Positions 40,798 to 49,405 of a stretch of 64,000 bases of DNA are shown here, in pieces (within the stretch, counting starts at the first letter, position 1; every line of letters begins with the position of its first letter). The notes beneath the pieces were generated by a model, which had not been told where the DNA came from, did no database searches, and was given only the letters and a program-made list of their open reading frames with translations. This DNA comes from an uncultured Acidobacteriota bacterium (GTDB taxonomy: Bacteria; Actinomycetota; Acidimicrobiia; Spongiisociales; ZC4RG35). A program made the translations under genes and the position numbers. The DNA lies in contig CAWHEU010000027.1 of the NCBI GenBank assembly GCA_963828465.1, positions 9,309-73,308 on the forward strand, given 5' to 3'.

Positions 40798-41738
40798 ACC
40801 AGGTCCTCGTCTTCGTCGAGCACCAGGAAGGGATGCCGCTCGAGACCTCCCTTCAGGCGACCACCCTGGCCGGCACCCTGGGTGACGTGTCCTCGGTGAG
40901 CGTTGGCGTATGTCATATCGGAGGCGTGGCTCGACACTTCGCGATCGAGCATCCGATGCTGTCCGACTACGCCCCGGAGGCAATCGCCACGTCTCTGGTC
41001 CAGCTGATCGGAGCCGAGTCGCCATCCGCCGTGTTCGCGTCCGGGACCGAGCGGGGCAACGAGGTGATGGCACACGTGGCCGCCCTGCTCGACTTCCCGC
41101 TCGCAACGAATGTGACCGAAGTTCGGCCCGGCGACGAGTCCTGGGAGCTGACCCGGACACGTTGGGGTGGGAGCCTCCTCGAAGAGGCGTCACTCACCGC
41201 GCCAGTGAAGCTGGCCACAGTGGCACCTCATGCGTTCGAAGCTTCCGACGCGTCGGGCGGCGTCGATGCAGAGACCTTTGAGCCGGACCTTCCCGAGGCC
41301 CTGGAGCGGACCCGGGTGGTGGAGCGTGTCACCATTGCCGAAGGGATCACTCTCACCACCGCCCCGGTAGTGGTCAGTGGGGGCCGGGGAGTCGGGTCGC
41401 CCGAGGGTTTCGGGATCCTCGAAGAGCTTGCAGGATTGTTGGGTGGCGCGGTCGGTTGTTCTCGGGTGGTCACCAACAACGGGTGGCGGCCCCACTCCGA
41501 TCAGGTCGGTCAGACCGGAACCCGCGTCGCTCCGAATCTGTATGTCGCCTGCGGTATCTCCGGTGCGGTCCAGCATTGGGTCGGGATGATGGCCTCGAAG
41601 AACGTGCTGGCCATCAACAACGACCCCGAAGCTCCAATGGTGACCAAGGCCGACTACGCCGTGATCGGTGACCTACACCCAATCCTCGAGGCGGTGGTGG
41701 CGGAAGTGAAACGAAGGAAGGGCGTGGCCCTCTCGTAA
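40794..41738 (+). CDS. etfA: Electron transfer flavoprotein alpha subunit
   Basis: VVSGGRG, AVGCSR, QVGQTG, YVACGISGAVQHWVGM, AINNDPEAP. Confidence 0.92.
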   Translation: MNQVLVFVEHQEGMPLETSLQATTLAGTLGDVSSVSVGVCHIGGVARHFAIEHPMLSDYAPEAIATSLVQLIGAESPSAVFASGTERGNEVMAHVAALLDFPLATNVTEVRPGDESWELTRTRWGGSLLEEASLTAPVKLATVAPHAFEASDASGGVDAETFEPDLPEALERTRVVERVTIAEGITLTTAPVVVSGGRGVGSPEGFGILEELAGLLGGAVGCSRVVTNNGWRPHSDQVGQTGTRVAPNLYVACGISGAVQHWVGMMASKNVLAINNDPEAPMVTKADYAVIGDLHPILEAVVAEVKRRKGVALS

Positions 41739-41781
41739 TTGGGAGCTAGAGGTGTCACATACGGCACTGTGGCTCTCAATT
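41737..41781. repeat. AATT-bounded imperfect palindrome (REP-like or bidirectional terminator)
   Basis: AATTGGGAGC...GTGTC-acatac-GGCAC...GCTCTCAATT between convergent etfA and SDR, followed by further Ts. Confidence 0.55.
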
Positions 41782-41790
41782 TTGTCTTGC

Positions 41791-42630
41791 CTACCACAGC
41801 GAGCCGGCCGACACCCGCAGGTCCTCCATCGTGATCCCGCGGGCGGCGTCGCTGCAGAGGAACAGGGCGAGGGCGCCGATCTCGGTCGGGGAGATGAGAC
41901 GGCCCTGGGGGTTGGTCTTCTCCACGTCGGAGATGTACTCCTCCCCGGAACGGCGCTCCTGCTTTTCGGCGATGTCGGACATCCACTCGCGGCCGAATGA
42001 GGTGTCGACCCAGGTCGGGCTGATTGCATTGCAGGTGACGCCGTGCGGGGCACCCTCGAGGGCGACACACGTGGTCAGCCCGACTACACCGGCCTTGGAT
42101 GCGCAATAGGCGCCTGACGTGGCCGCACCGACCGACGCCGCTGTCGAGGCAATATTGATGATCCGGCCCCACCCTCTCTCGATCATGCCGGGCAACGCCC
42201 GCTTGATCGCCCGGTAGGTGCCGGTGAGATTGACATCGATCACCTTGTCCCACAGGGCGTCGGGATGCCCGACGATGGTTTGCTCGGCAGTGATACCAGC
42301 GGCATTGGCCAGGATGTCGACCGGGCCAAACCGGTCGAGTGTCGCCTGATGAAATGCCTCGACCGAATCATCGGACGTGACATCGAGATTGAGGCCGAGG
42401 CACTCAACCCCTTCCCCCTCGATGACCGAGACGGCATGATCCATCTGCTCCTGCCCCGGGACGTGGACCACCTCACCTTCGGTCTTCGAGCCGGCGGAAA
42501 GGAGAGACCCGATGCTGACATTGGCACCCTGCGAGGCAAACGCCTGAGCCATTGCCAGCCCCATTCCTGACGCCCCACCGGTCACCATGGCGGTCCTGCC
42601 CGCCAGGAAGCGATCAGCCACTTCCCTCAC
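41791..42630 (-). CDS. Short-chain dehydrogenase/reductase (classical SDR)
   Basis: TGGASGMG, NAAG, NIAS, YCASK, NAISPTWVDT; 19 bp downstream of betB. Confidence 0.88.
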   Translation of the reverse strand: MREVADRFLAGRTAMVTGGASGMGLAMAQAFASQGANVSIGSLLSAGSKTEGEVVHVPGQEQMDHAVSVIEGEGVECLGLNLDVTSDDSVEAFHQATLDRFGPVDILANAAGITAEQTIVGHPDALWDKVIDVNLTGTYRAIKRALPGMIERGWGRIINIASTAASVGAATSGAYCASKAGVVGLTTCVALEGAPHGVTCNAISPTWVDTSFGREWMSDIAEKQERRSGEEYISDVEKTNPQGRLISPTEIGALALFLCSDAARGITMEDLRVSAGSLW

Positions 42631-42649
42631 CTCCCTCTCCGATTGCTAC

Positions 42650-44110
42650 TTAGTACGGCGCCTCGACGTCGCCCATCTCCACATACACGCTCTTCACCTG
42701 CGTGTAGTGGTTGATGGTGACCAGGCTGTTCTCCCGGCCGATCCCGGACTGCTTGTAGCCGCCGAAGGGCATCTCGATCGGGGTGATGTTGTAGTTGTTG
42801 ATCCAGGTCGTTCCCGCCTCGAGCCGGGCGACCACCCGATGGGCACGCTGGATGTCCTTCGTGAACACTCCCGCCGCCAGGCCATACGGAGTGTCGTTGG
42901 CCCGGGCAATGACATCGTCCTCGTCGCGGAAGCTGAGCACGGACATGACCGGGCCGAAGATCTCCTCCTGGACGATGGACATGTCGTCGGTGCAGGCATC
43001 GAACACAGTTGGCTCGACGAAGAAGCCGCCCTCCAAGGACGGGTCAGAGGGACGCTCCCCACCGATTACCACGGTCGCCCCAGCCGTCTTGCCGGCGTCG
43101 ATGTAGGAGAGAACCTTGTCCATGTGGTCGCGCGAAATGAGCGCTCCGACATGGGTGTCGGGGTCCATCGGGTCGCCGATCTTCATCTTTGAGGTTCGCG
43201 TCACCAGACGGTCGAGGAACTCGTCATGGATCTCCTCGTGGACATAGACCCTGGTCCCGTTGGAGCAGATCTCACCCTGGGTGTAGAAGTTCGCCATTAG
43301 GGCGGCTGAGACCGCATTGTCGAGATCAGCGTCGTCGAAGATGATCAGAGGGCTCTTCCCACCCAACTCGAGGGTGACGTGCTTCAGCGTGGCGGCAGCA
43401 TTGGCCATGACGATCTTCCCGGTACCGACCTCACCCGTCAGCGACACCTTGGCGACGTCGGGATGGGACACGAGAGCCTCCCCGGTGCGGTGGTCGCCCT
43501 GAACGACGTTGAACACGCCGTCGGGGAGTCCGGCCTCGGAGTAGATCTCGGCAAGTCTCAGTGCCGTGAGGGGGGTGAGCTCCGCCGGCTTGAACACCAT
43601 CGAATTGCCGCAGGCCAGGGCAGGGGCAGACTTCCAACAGGCGATCTGAATCGGGTAGTTCCAGGCCCCGATCCCGACGCAAACACCGAGCGGCTCACGA
43701 CGGGTGTAGGCCCAGGCACTGCCCAGATCGAAGGTCTCACCGTGGATGCTCGCCGCCAGGCCGGCGTAGTACTCGATGGCGTCGGCGCCGGACAGCACAT
43801 CAACCGCAATGGCCTCCTGGATCGGCTTCCCGGTGTCGAGGACCTCGAGCCGGGCCAGCTCCTCGTTGTTGTCACGAAGCAGGCCAGCAGCGCGGTTCAG
43901 GATCCGGCCCCGCTCCGCGCCAGACAACTGGCGCCAGACCTCGAATCCTTCAGCGGCGGATGCCACAGCCCGATCGACGTCGGCGGGCCCAGCATGCTGA
44001 ACCTGGCAGATCTCCTCGCCAGTGGCGGGGTTGATCGTGGCAAATGTCTCCCCCGAGACGGCATCGAGACGGCCACCATCTATGTAGAGCTGCTGGGTGT
44101 CAAGACTCAT
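42650..44110 (-). CDS. betB: Betaine aldehyde dehydrogenase
   Basis: [68 protein letters not shown]. Confidence 0.9.
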   Translation of the reverse strand: MSLDTQQLYIDGGRLDAVSGETFATINPATGEEICQVQHAGPADVDRAVASAAEGFEVWRQLSGAERGRILNRAAGLLRDNNEELARLEVLDTGKPIQEAIAVDVLSGADAIEYYAGLAASIHGETFDLGSAWAYTRREPLGVCVGIGAWNYPIQIACWKSAPALACGNSMVFKPAELTPLTALRLAEIYSEAGLPDGVFNVVQGDHRTGEALVSHPDVAKVSLTGEVGTGKIVMANAAATLKHVTLELGGKSPLIIFDDADLDNAVSAALMANFYTQGEICSNGTRVYVHEEIHDEFLDRLVTRTSKMKIGDPMDPDTHVGALISRDHMDKVLSYIDAGKTAGATVVIGGERPSDPSLEGGFFVEPTVFDACTDDMSIVQEEIFGPVMSVLSFRDEDDVIARANDTPYGLAAGVFTKDIQRAHRVVARLEAGTTWINNYNITPIEMPFGGYKQSGIGRENSLVTINHYTQVKSVYVEMGDVEAPY

Positions 44111-44134
44111 CGGCGAGACGGTACTAGTGGCCGG

Positions 44135-46063
44135 TCAGTGGGCAGGAGTCGGCGGTTGAAGCCTCGCGGCCCAGGCTTGGGTCAGCCGATCGAGGATGAT
44201 CGCCATCACCACGATGGCGAAACCGACCTCGAAACCCAGACCGGTCTCGCCGCGAGTCACCGCCCGAACCGTCTCGAAGCCGAGCGCTCCACCCCCGACC
44301 AGACCAGCGATGATCACCATCGCCAGCACCATCATGATCACCTGGTTGACCGCCGCCAGGATCGTCGGAGCGGCCAGAGGGATCCTCACCCCGAACATGG
44401 TTTGGCGGCGAGTGGCACCGAAGGTCTCCGATGCCTCGACACTCTCCTCTGGCACCTCCTTGATGCCGAGGGCGGTGATCCGGATACCGGGGACAATGGC
44501 GTAAAGAACGGCGGCGATGATGCCCGGTACCTGACCGACGGTGAAGAACAGGATCACCGGAATGATGAACACGAAAGAGGGGATGGTCTGGAGGGCGTCG
44601 AGGATCGGGGTGAGCACCTTTTCAACTCTGGGTCTGCGGCCGGCCCAGATCCCGACCGGGATGGCTATGGCAACGGAGATGAAGGCCGCAGCCAGCACCT
44701 GGACCAGGGTCTGCAGGGACAGTTCCCACATCCCGATGAGACCGACCATGAGGAGCGACGCACCGGCAAAGACGGCCAGCCCAATCCCCTTCAGCCTCCA
44801 GCAGAGGATGGCAGTCGCGGCGATGAGCACCGGCCAGGCCACAGTGACGATGAGGAAGTCACGTGCCGGGATGAGCAGCCCGGCGACGACGAAATCGTTC
44901 ACAGGGCGGGTGATGAAGGAGAGATTGTCCCGGCCCCAACGCACAAAGGTGTCTACAGGGTCGAAGATCCTGACTTCCCACACCGCTGGAAACTCGACCC
45001 AGCCCATGGCCCGCCCCACCACGATCCCCCCGCCGATCAACGCCAGCGCCGTGATCACGTAACGCCGCGATGCAGGTCGCGTCCTGTCGGCGAAGGCCAG
45101 CGACCGCCCCACCCGGTCGAGCACCATCGCCACCGCCACGATGGCCAGACCGGCGGCCAGTCCCCGCCCGGTGCGTCGCTGGTTCAGCGCCTCGAGCACT
45201 TCCTGCCCTAGCCCTCCAGCCCCGAGCAACGTAGCGAGGACGACGATGCCCAAGGCCATCATGATCGTCTGGTTGACCCCGGTCATGATGAATGGCATGG
45301 CCATCGGCAGCTGCACTTTGAACAGCGTTTGCCGCCCCGTGGAGCCGTACATCTCCGCCGCCTCCACCGACTGACGGGGTACGCCCTGGATACCAAGGGT
45401 GGTCAGCCTCACTGCCGGGGGCAGGGAGTAGATCACGGTTGCGATGGTGGCCGGGACGCGCCGGATGCCGAACAGGAGAACGATGGGAATGAAATAGACG
45501 GGAGCGGGGATGGTCTGCATCGCGTCGAGGACCGGTCTGATGGCACGATCTACCCGCGGCGAACGGGCCGCCCACACGCCCAATGGGATCCCGATGGCGA
45601 GTGCGATCAGGACCGCGATCGTCATCAGCGAGAGCGTCTCCATCGTGGTGTCCCAGAGGCCGACCAGCCCTGGATAGAGGGTGGCGGCCACGGCGACGAG
45701 GGCCGTTCTCCAGTCACCGGTCCTGAAGATGACGAGAAATACGGCAAGGGGGAGGACAAACCAGGGGAGCCATTTGAGGAACGTCTCGATGGTGGTGAGG
45801 CCCCAGTCGACCGCAGCTGACAGGGGTATGAAGAAGCCGGTGAAGATCGGATGGATCTGGCGGTTCTCCCGAAGCCACGTGGAGAATTGATCGACGGGGC
45901 CCGAGAAATAGGTGTCCCACAGGGCAGGGACCGTGGGCGAGGTGACCAGGACCTGGAGGAGGAGGATGCCGACGATCACGAAGATCCACCAGGCCCGGAT
46001 CCGGAACCGCCCGGCTGTCTCGTCGACCAGGGCGACGTCAGCGGGTTGGAGGACGTCGGTCAT
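44135..46063 (-). CDS. proW: Glycine betaine/proline-type ABC permease with two tandem ProW domains
   Basis: Two copies of DAxQTIP..., EAA-like loop, P(M/L)AxPxI and VNQ..MM motifs; ATG at 46063 overlaps the proV stop. Confidence 0.87.
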   Translation of the reverse strand: MTDVLQPADVALVDETAGRFRIRAWWIFVIVGILLLQVLVTSPTVPALWDTYFSGPVDQFSTWLRENRQIHPIFTGFFIPLSAAVDWGLTTIETFLKWLPWFVLPLAVFLVIFRTGDWRTALVAVAATLYPGLVGLWDTTMETLSLMTIAVLIALAIGIPLGVWAARSPRVDRAIRPVLDAMQTIPAPVYFIPIVLLFGIRRVPATIATVIYSLPPAVRLTTLGIQGVPRQSVEAAEMYGSTGRQTLFKVQLPMAMPFIMTGVNQTIMMALGIVVLATLLGAGGLGQEVLEALNQRRTGRGLAAGLAIVAVAMVLDRVGRSLAFADRTRPASRRYVITALALIGGGIVVGRAMGWVEFPAVWEVRIFDPVDTFVRWGRDNLSFITRPVNDFVVAGLLIPARDFLIVTVAWPVLIAATAILCWRLKGIGLAVFAGASLLMVGLIGMWELSLQTLVQVLAAAFISVAIAIPVGIWAGRRPRVEKVLTPILDALQTIPSFVFIIPVILFFTVGQVPGIIAAVLYAIVPGIRITALGIKEVPEESVEASETFGATRRQTMFGVRIPLAAPTILAAVNQVIMMVLAMVIIAGLVGGGALGFETVRAVTRGETGLGFEVGFAIVVMAIILDRLTQAWAARLQPPTPAH

Positions 46064-47082
46064 TGCTCGGGCTCGATCGCCTTGGCCACCGCCCGGCGAT
46101 CCACCACCCCGACCTGTTTCCCGTCCTGGTCCTCCACCCAGATCTCGGTCTCGTCGTCGAGCAGGGCCGGCAGCACCGTCTCGATGGTGTCGTCGAGCCG
46201 AACCGTCCTGCCGTTGGCTGTGCCGACTCCCTCTTTGAGAACCGCCGCCGTAGTCAGCACTTTGGCCTTGGGGATCTCCTTGGTGAATTCCCGCACGTAG
46301 TCGGTGGCGGGATCGCTGATCAGTTCCGTTGCAGTGCCCACCTGGTCGAACCCGCCGTCTTTCATGATGGCGATGCGATCCCCGAGTTTGATCGCCTCGG
46401 AGAAATCGTGGGTGATGAAGACAATGGTTCGCTGCAGCGTCTCTTGCAGTCGGATCAGCTCGTCCTGCATGTCGCGCCGGATCAGCGGGTCCAGCGCGGA
46501 AAAGGGCTCGTCGAAGAACATGATCTCCGGATCCACGGTGAGTGCCCGGGCCAGACCAACACGCTGCTGCATCCCACCGGACAACTGTTGGGGGAAGCTC
46601 TGTTCCCATCCCTTGAGTCCGACGACCTCGAGCACCTTGGTCGCCCGCTCGTAGCGCTCTGCCTTGTCGATGCCCTGCACTTCGAGGCCATAGGCGGCGT
46701 TGTCGATCACTCGCCGATGGGGGAAGAGACCGAAATGCTGGAACACCATCGACATCTTGTGCCGACGTACCTGACGCAGCTCGTCGTCGGTCATCGCTGT
46801 CAGGTCCTCGCCGTCGAGGACGACCTTGCCCTGCGTCACGTCATTGAGACGGGAGACGCAGCGGATAAGAGTCGACTTGCCAGAGCCGGACAGGCCCATG
46901 ACGACGAACGTCTCGCCTCTGGCGACCTCGAAGGAGACGTCGCGCACACCGACGGTACAGCCGGTCGCTTGCTGCACCTCCTCACGGGATGCGCCGCTCC
47001 CGGCCATCTCGATTGCCTTGTCGGGCTTAGCACCAAAGACTTTCCAGATGTGCTCGACCGACAGGCACACGTCGCCGGTCAC
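46060..47082 (-). CDS. proV: Glycine betaine/proline ABC ATP-binding protein
   Basis: MGLSGSGKSTL, SMVFQHFGLFPH, LSGGMQQRVGLARAL, FDEPFSALDPLIRRDMQ, FITHD. Confidence 0.92.
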   Translation of the reverse strand: MTGDVCLSVEHIWKVFGAKPDKAIEMAGSGASREEVQQATGCTVGVRDVSFEVARGETFVVMGLSGSGKSTLIRCVSRLNDVTQGKVVLDGEDLTAMTDDELRQVRRHKMSMVFQHFGLFPHRRVIDNAAYGLEVQGIDKAERYERATKVLEVVGLKGWEQSFPQQLSGGMQQRVGLARALTVDPEIMFFDEPFSALDPLIRRDMQDELIRLQETLQRTIVFITHDFSEAIKLGDRIAIMKDGGFDQVGTATELISDPATDYVREFTKEIPKAKVLTTAAVLKEGVGTANGRTVRLDDTIETVLPALLDDETEIWVEDQDGKQVGVVDRRAVAKAIEPEQ

Positions 47083-47165
47083 AGCCCCTTCGTGACAGCC
47101 ACGTCGGTAATGTACCAGCGGCCCTTTCCGGCCGCGATCGTCGGCTGGCGGGCTCTAGGAGAATC

Positions 47166-48185
47166 ATGAAAAAGAGAATCTGGATCCTGATATCGGTGAT
47201 GGCACTGCTTTTGGCCGCATGCGCCGACGACGGTGGCACGGCCACCACCGCGGCCGGCGACGGTGACACGGCGACGACCGAAGCCGCCGCGGAGGGTGGA
47301 GACACCACGGCCGCGGCATCTGGTGGCGGCGAAACCATCAACATCGTTGCCAACCCTTGGACGGCCTCGGCGCTCAATGCCGAGATCGCCGCTCAGTTGA
47401 TCGAGGCGGAGCTCGGTAACGACGCCGAGGTCGTCGCCATCGACGAGAACACCATGTTCACCGGCCTTTCGGATGGATCCCTCGATGTCGTGCTCGAGGT
47501 CTGGCCCTCGGGTGTGGTCGCCGAGGAGCAGGCCTTCATCGACGACGGCAGCGTTGTCGACATCGGCGAGCTCGGGGCGATCGGCAAGATCGGCTGGTTC
47601 ACGCCGCAGTACGTGATCGAGGCAAACCCGGAGCTGGCCACGTGGGAGGGCTATACCGATCCCGAAGTGGCGGCGATGTTCGCCACCGCCGAGACCGGTG
47701 AAAATGGTCGCTTCTTGGGAACCGACCCCTCTTACTCCCAGTACGACGAAGCGATCATCGAGAACCTGGAGCTCCCGTTCCAGGTCGTCTTCTCCGGAAG
47801 CGAGGCGTCGACAGTCGCCGAACTCGATGCCAGAGTCGCCGCGGAGGAGCCGATCCTCATGTACTGGTGGACCCCGACCGCGGCCGTGGCCCAGTACGAC
47901 CTCGTGAATGTCCTTCTGCCGGAGTACAACGAGGACTGCTACGCCGATCCGGCCGCCATCGACTGCGACTACCCCGAGGACGTGCTCACCAAGTACGCCT
48001 CGGCCCAGCTCGCCGACAAGGCGCCGAACGTGCAGTCGTTCCTCGAGAAGTTCCAGATCACTACCGAGGATCAGCTGGGCATGCTGCCTGCAGTCGAGAC
48101 AGAAGGCGAGGACGCCGCCGATGTCGCGGCCCAGTGGATCGCGGACCATGAGGACGTCTGGTCGGCCTGGTTGGCGGACCAGTAG
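47166..48185 (+). CDS. proX: Quaternary-amine ABC substrate-binding lipoprotein (ProX/OpuAC family)
   Basis: Lipobox LLLAAC, Thr/Ala linker, NPWTAS, LEVWPSG, GWFTP, FSGSE, YWWTPT. Confidence 0.83.
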   Translation: MKKRIWILISVMALLLAACADDGGTATTAAGDGDTATTEAAAEGGDTTAAASGGGETINIVANPWTASALNAEIAAQLIEAELGNDAEVVAIDENTMFTGLSDGSLDVVLEVWPSGVVAEEQAFIDDGSVVDIGELGAIGKIGWFTPQYVIEANPELATWEGYTDPEVAAMFATAETGENGRFLGTDPSYSQYDEAIIENLELPFQVVFSGSEASTVAELDARVAAEEPILMYWWTPTAAVAQYDLVNVLLPEYNEDCYADPAAIDCDYPEDVLTKYASAQLADKAPNVQSFLEKFQITTEDQLGMLPAVETEGEDAADVAAQWIADHEDVWSAWLADQ

Positions 48186-48204
48186 TCGCAATCCTTTACG
48201 TTCG

Positions 48205-48232
48205 GGGAGACGGCCCTTCGGGGCCGTCTTCC
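48205..48232 (+). terminator. Hairpin terminator after proX
   Basis: GGGAGACGGCCC-TTCG-GGGCCGTCTTCC: 12-bp stem with one G-U pair and a C(UUCG)G tetraloop. Confidence 0.75.
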
Positions 48233-48269
48233 TTGTCAGGCGACGACAACCCGCGTATCCTCCCTCGAA

Positions 48270-48320
48270 AGCGCCGATTTGATCCACAGCTTGCGGGCGC
48301 TCAAGAAATGCGGCTAAAGC
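48270..48320 (+). ncRNA. SAM-II (SAM-alpha)-like riboswitch
   Basis: AGCGCC-GATTTG-atccacag-CTTGC-G-GGCGCT-caagAAATgcg-GCTAAAG has the SAM-II hallmarks (P1 stem, GAUUU, UUGC, GCUAAA) and sits upstream of a homocysteine methyltransferase. Confidence 0.78.
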
Positions 48321-48397
48321 GTCGGGATGGAAGAACCGCCCGGCACTCGCTGCGGCGGTTTCCTCGTTTGGGGCCGCCTTCACAACAGGAGACGGAG

Positions 48398-49405
48398 ATG
48401 GCCCACCAACCCGACACAAACACGACGTTCACCGACCTGCTCGCCGACCACCCCTATCTGATAGCCGATGGGGCGATGGGGACGACGCTCTTCTCACTCG
48501 GCCTCGAGGGCGGAGGCTGTCCCGAGTTGCTCAACGTAGAAGAGGGCGACCTCGTCGAGAAGGTCCATCGCAGGTTCATCGAGGCCGGCGCCGACATCGT
48601 CCTCACCAATACCTTCGGCGGCAATCGGCTCCGTCTCGACCTCCACGAACTCGGCGACCGCGTCGCCGAGTTGAACCAGGCCGGCGTCGCGGTGGCAAGA
48701 CGGGCCGCAGACCTGGCCGATCGCCCGGTGGCGGTCGCAGGGAGCGTCGGGCCTACCGGTGAGCTGTTCGAACCGCTCGGCACCCTGTCCCATCAGCGCG
48801 GCGTCGAGGTGTTCACAGAGCAATGCGAAGCGTTGGCCGACGCCGGTGCGGACGTGATCTGGATCGAGACCATCTCCTCGTACGAGGAGCTCACGGCGGC
48901 GGTCGAGGCCGCGACCGGAACCGGTCTCCCCATTGCGGCCACCCTGAGCTTCGACACCGCCGGGCACACCATGATGGGCATCCATCCCCGGGACTTCGGT
49001 CGGTGGTGGTTGGGGCACCCGGAGGTCACCGCGATCGGGGCCAACTGCGGGATCGGCCCTGGAGACGCCGTTGCGGCGGCTCATGCCATCGGCGAGGTGG
49101 CGCCGGATGCGGTGACCATCACCAAGGCCAACTGCGGAATCCCCTTGTATCAAACAGAAGGCGGCTTGACCTACCCGATCGGACCGGAGGGGATGGCCGA
49201 CTACGTCGAGCTCGCCCTCCGCTCGGGGGGGCGGATCGTCGGTGCATGTTGCGGGTCGACTCCGGACCACACGGCCGCAATACGGGAAGCGGTCGATGGC
49301 TTCCTGGCCGCTGAGCGTCCCAGTTTCGACGAGATCCGTGATCGGCTCGACGCCTCGGTGCCGAAGGCCACGGTGGGGACCAGGCGCGAGGGCCGCCGCC
49401 GCTAG
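48398..49405 (+). CDS. Stand-alone homocysteine S-methyltransferase (Bmt / split-MetH Hcy module)
   Basis: ADGAMGT, AGADIVLTNTFG, AGSVGPTG, IWIET, GANCG and GACCG zinc-ligand motifs; CAGGAG RBS. Confidence 0.88.
   Translation: MAHQPDTNTTFTDLLADHPYLIADGAMGTTLFSLGLEGGGCPELLNVEEGDLVEKVHRRFIEAGADIVLTNTFGGNRLRLDLHELGDRVAELNQAGVAVARRAADLADRPVAVAGSVGPTGELFEPLGTLSHQRGVEVFTEQCEALADAGADVIWIETISSYEELTAAVEAATGTGLPIAATLSFDTAGHTMMGIHPRDFGRWWLGHPEVTAIGANCGIGPGDAVAAAHAIGEVAPDAVTITKANCGIPLYQTEGGLTYPIGPEGMADYVELALRSGGRIVGACCGSTPDHTAAIREAVDGFLAAERPSFDEIRDRLDASVPKATVGTRREGRRR

Noticed and set aside
43379-45211. 610-aa plus-strand ORF
   Set aside because: Antisense to betB and proW; no recognisable domain.
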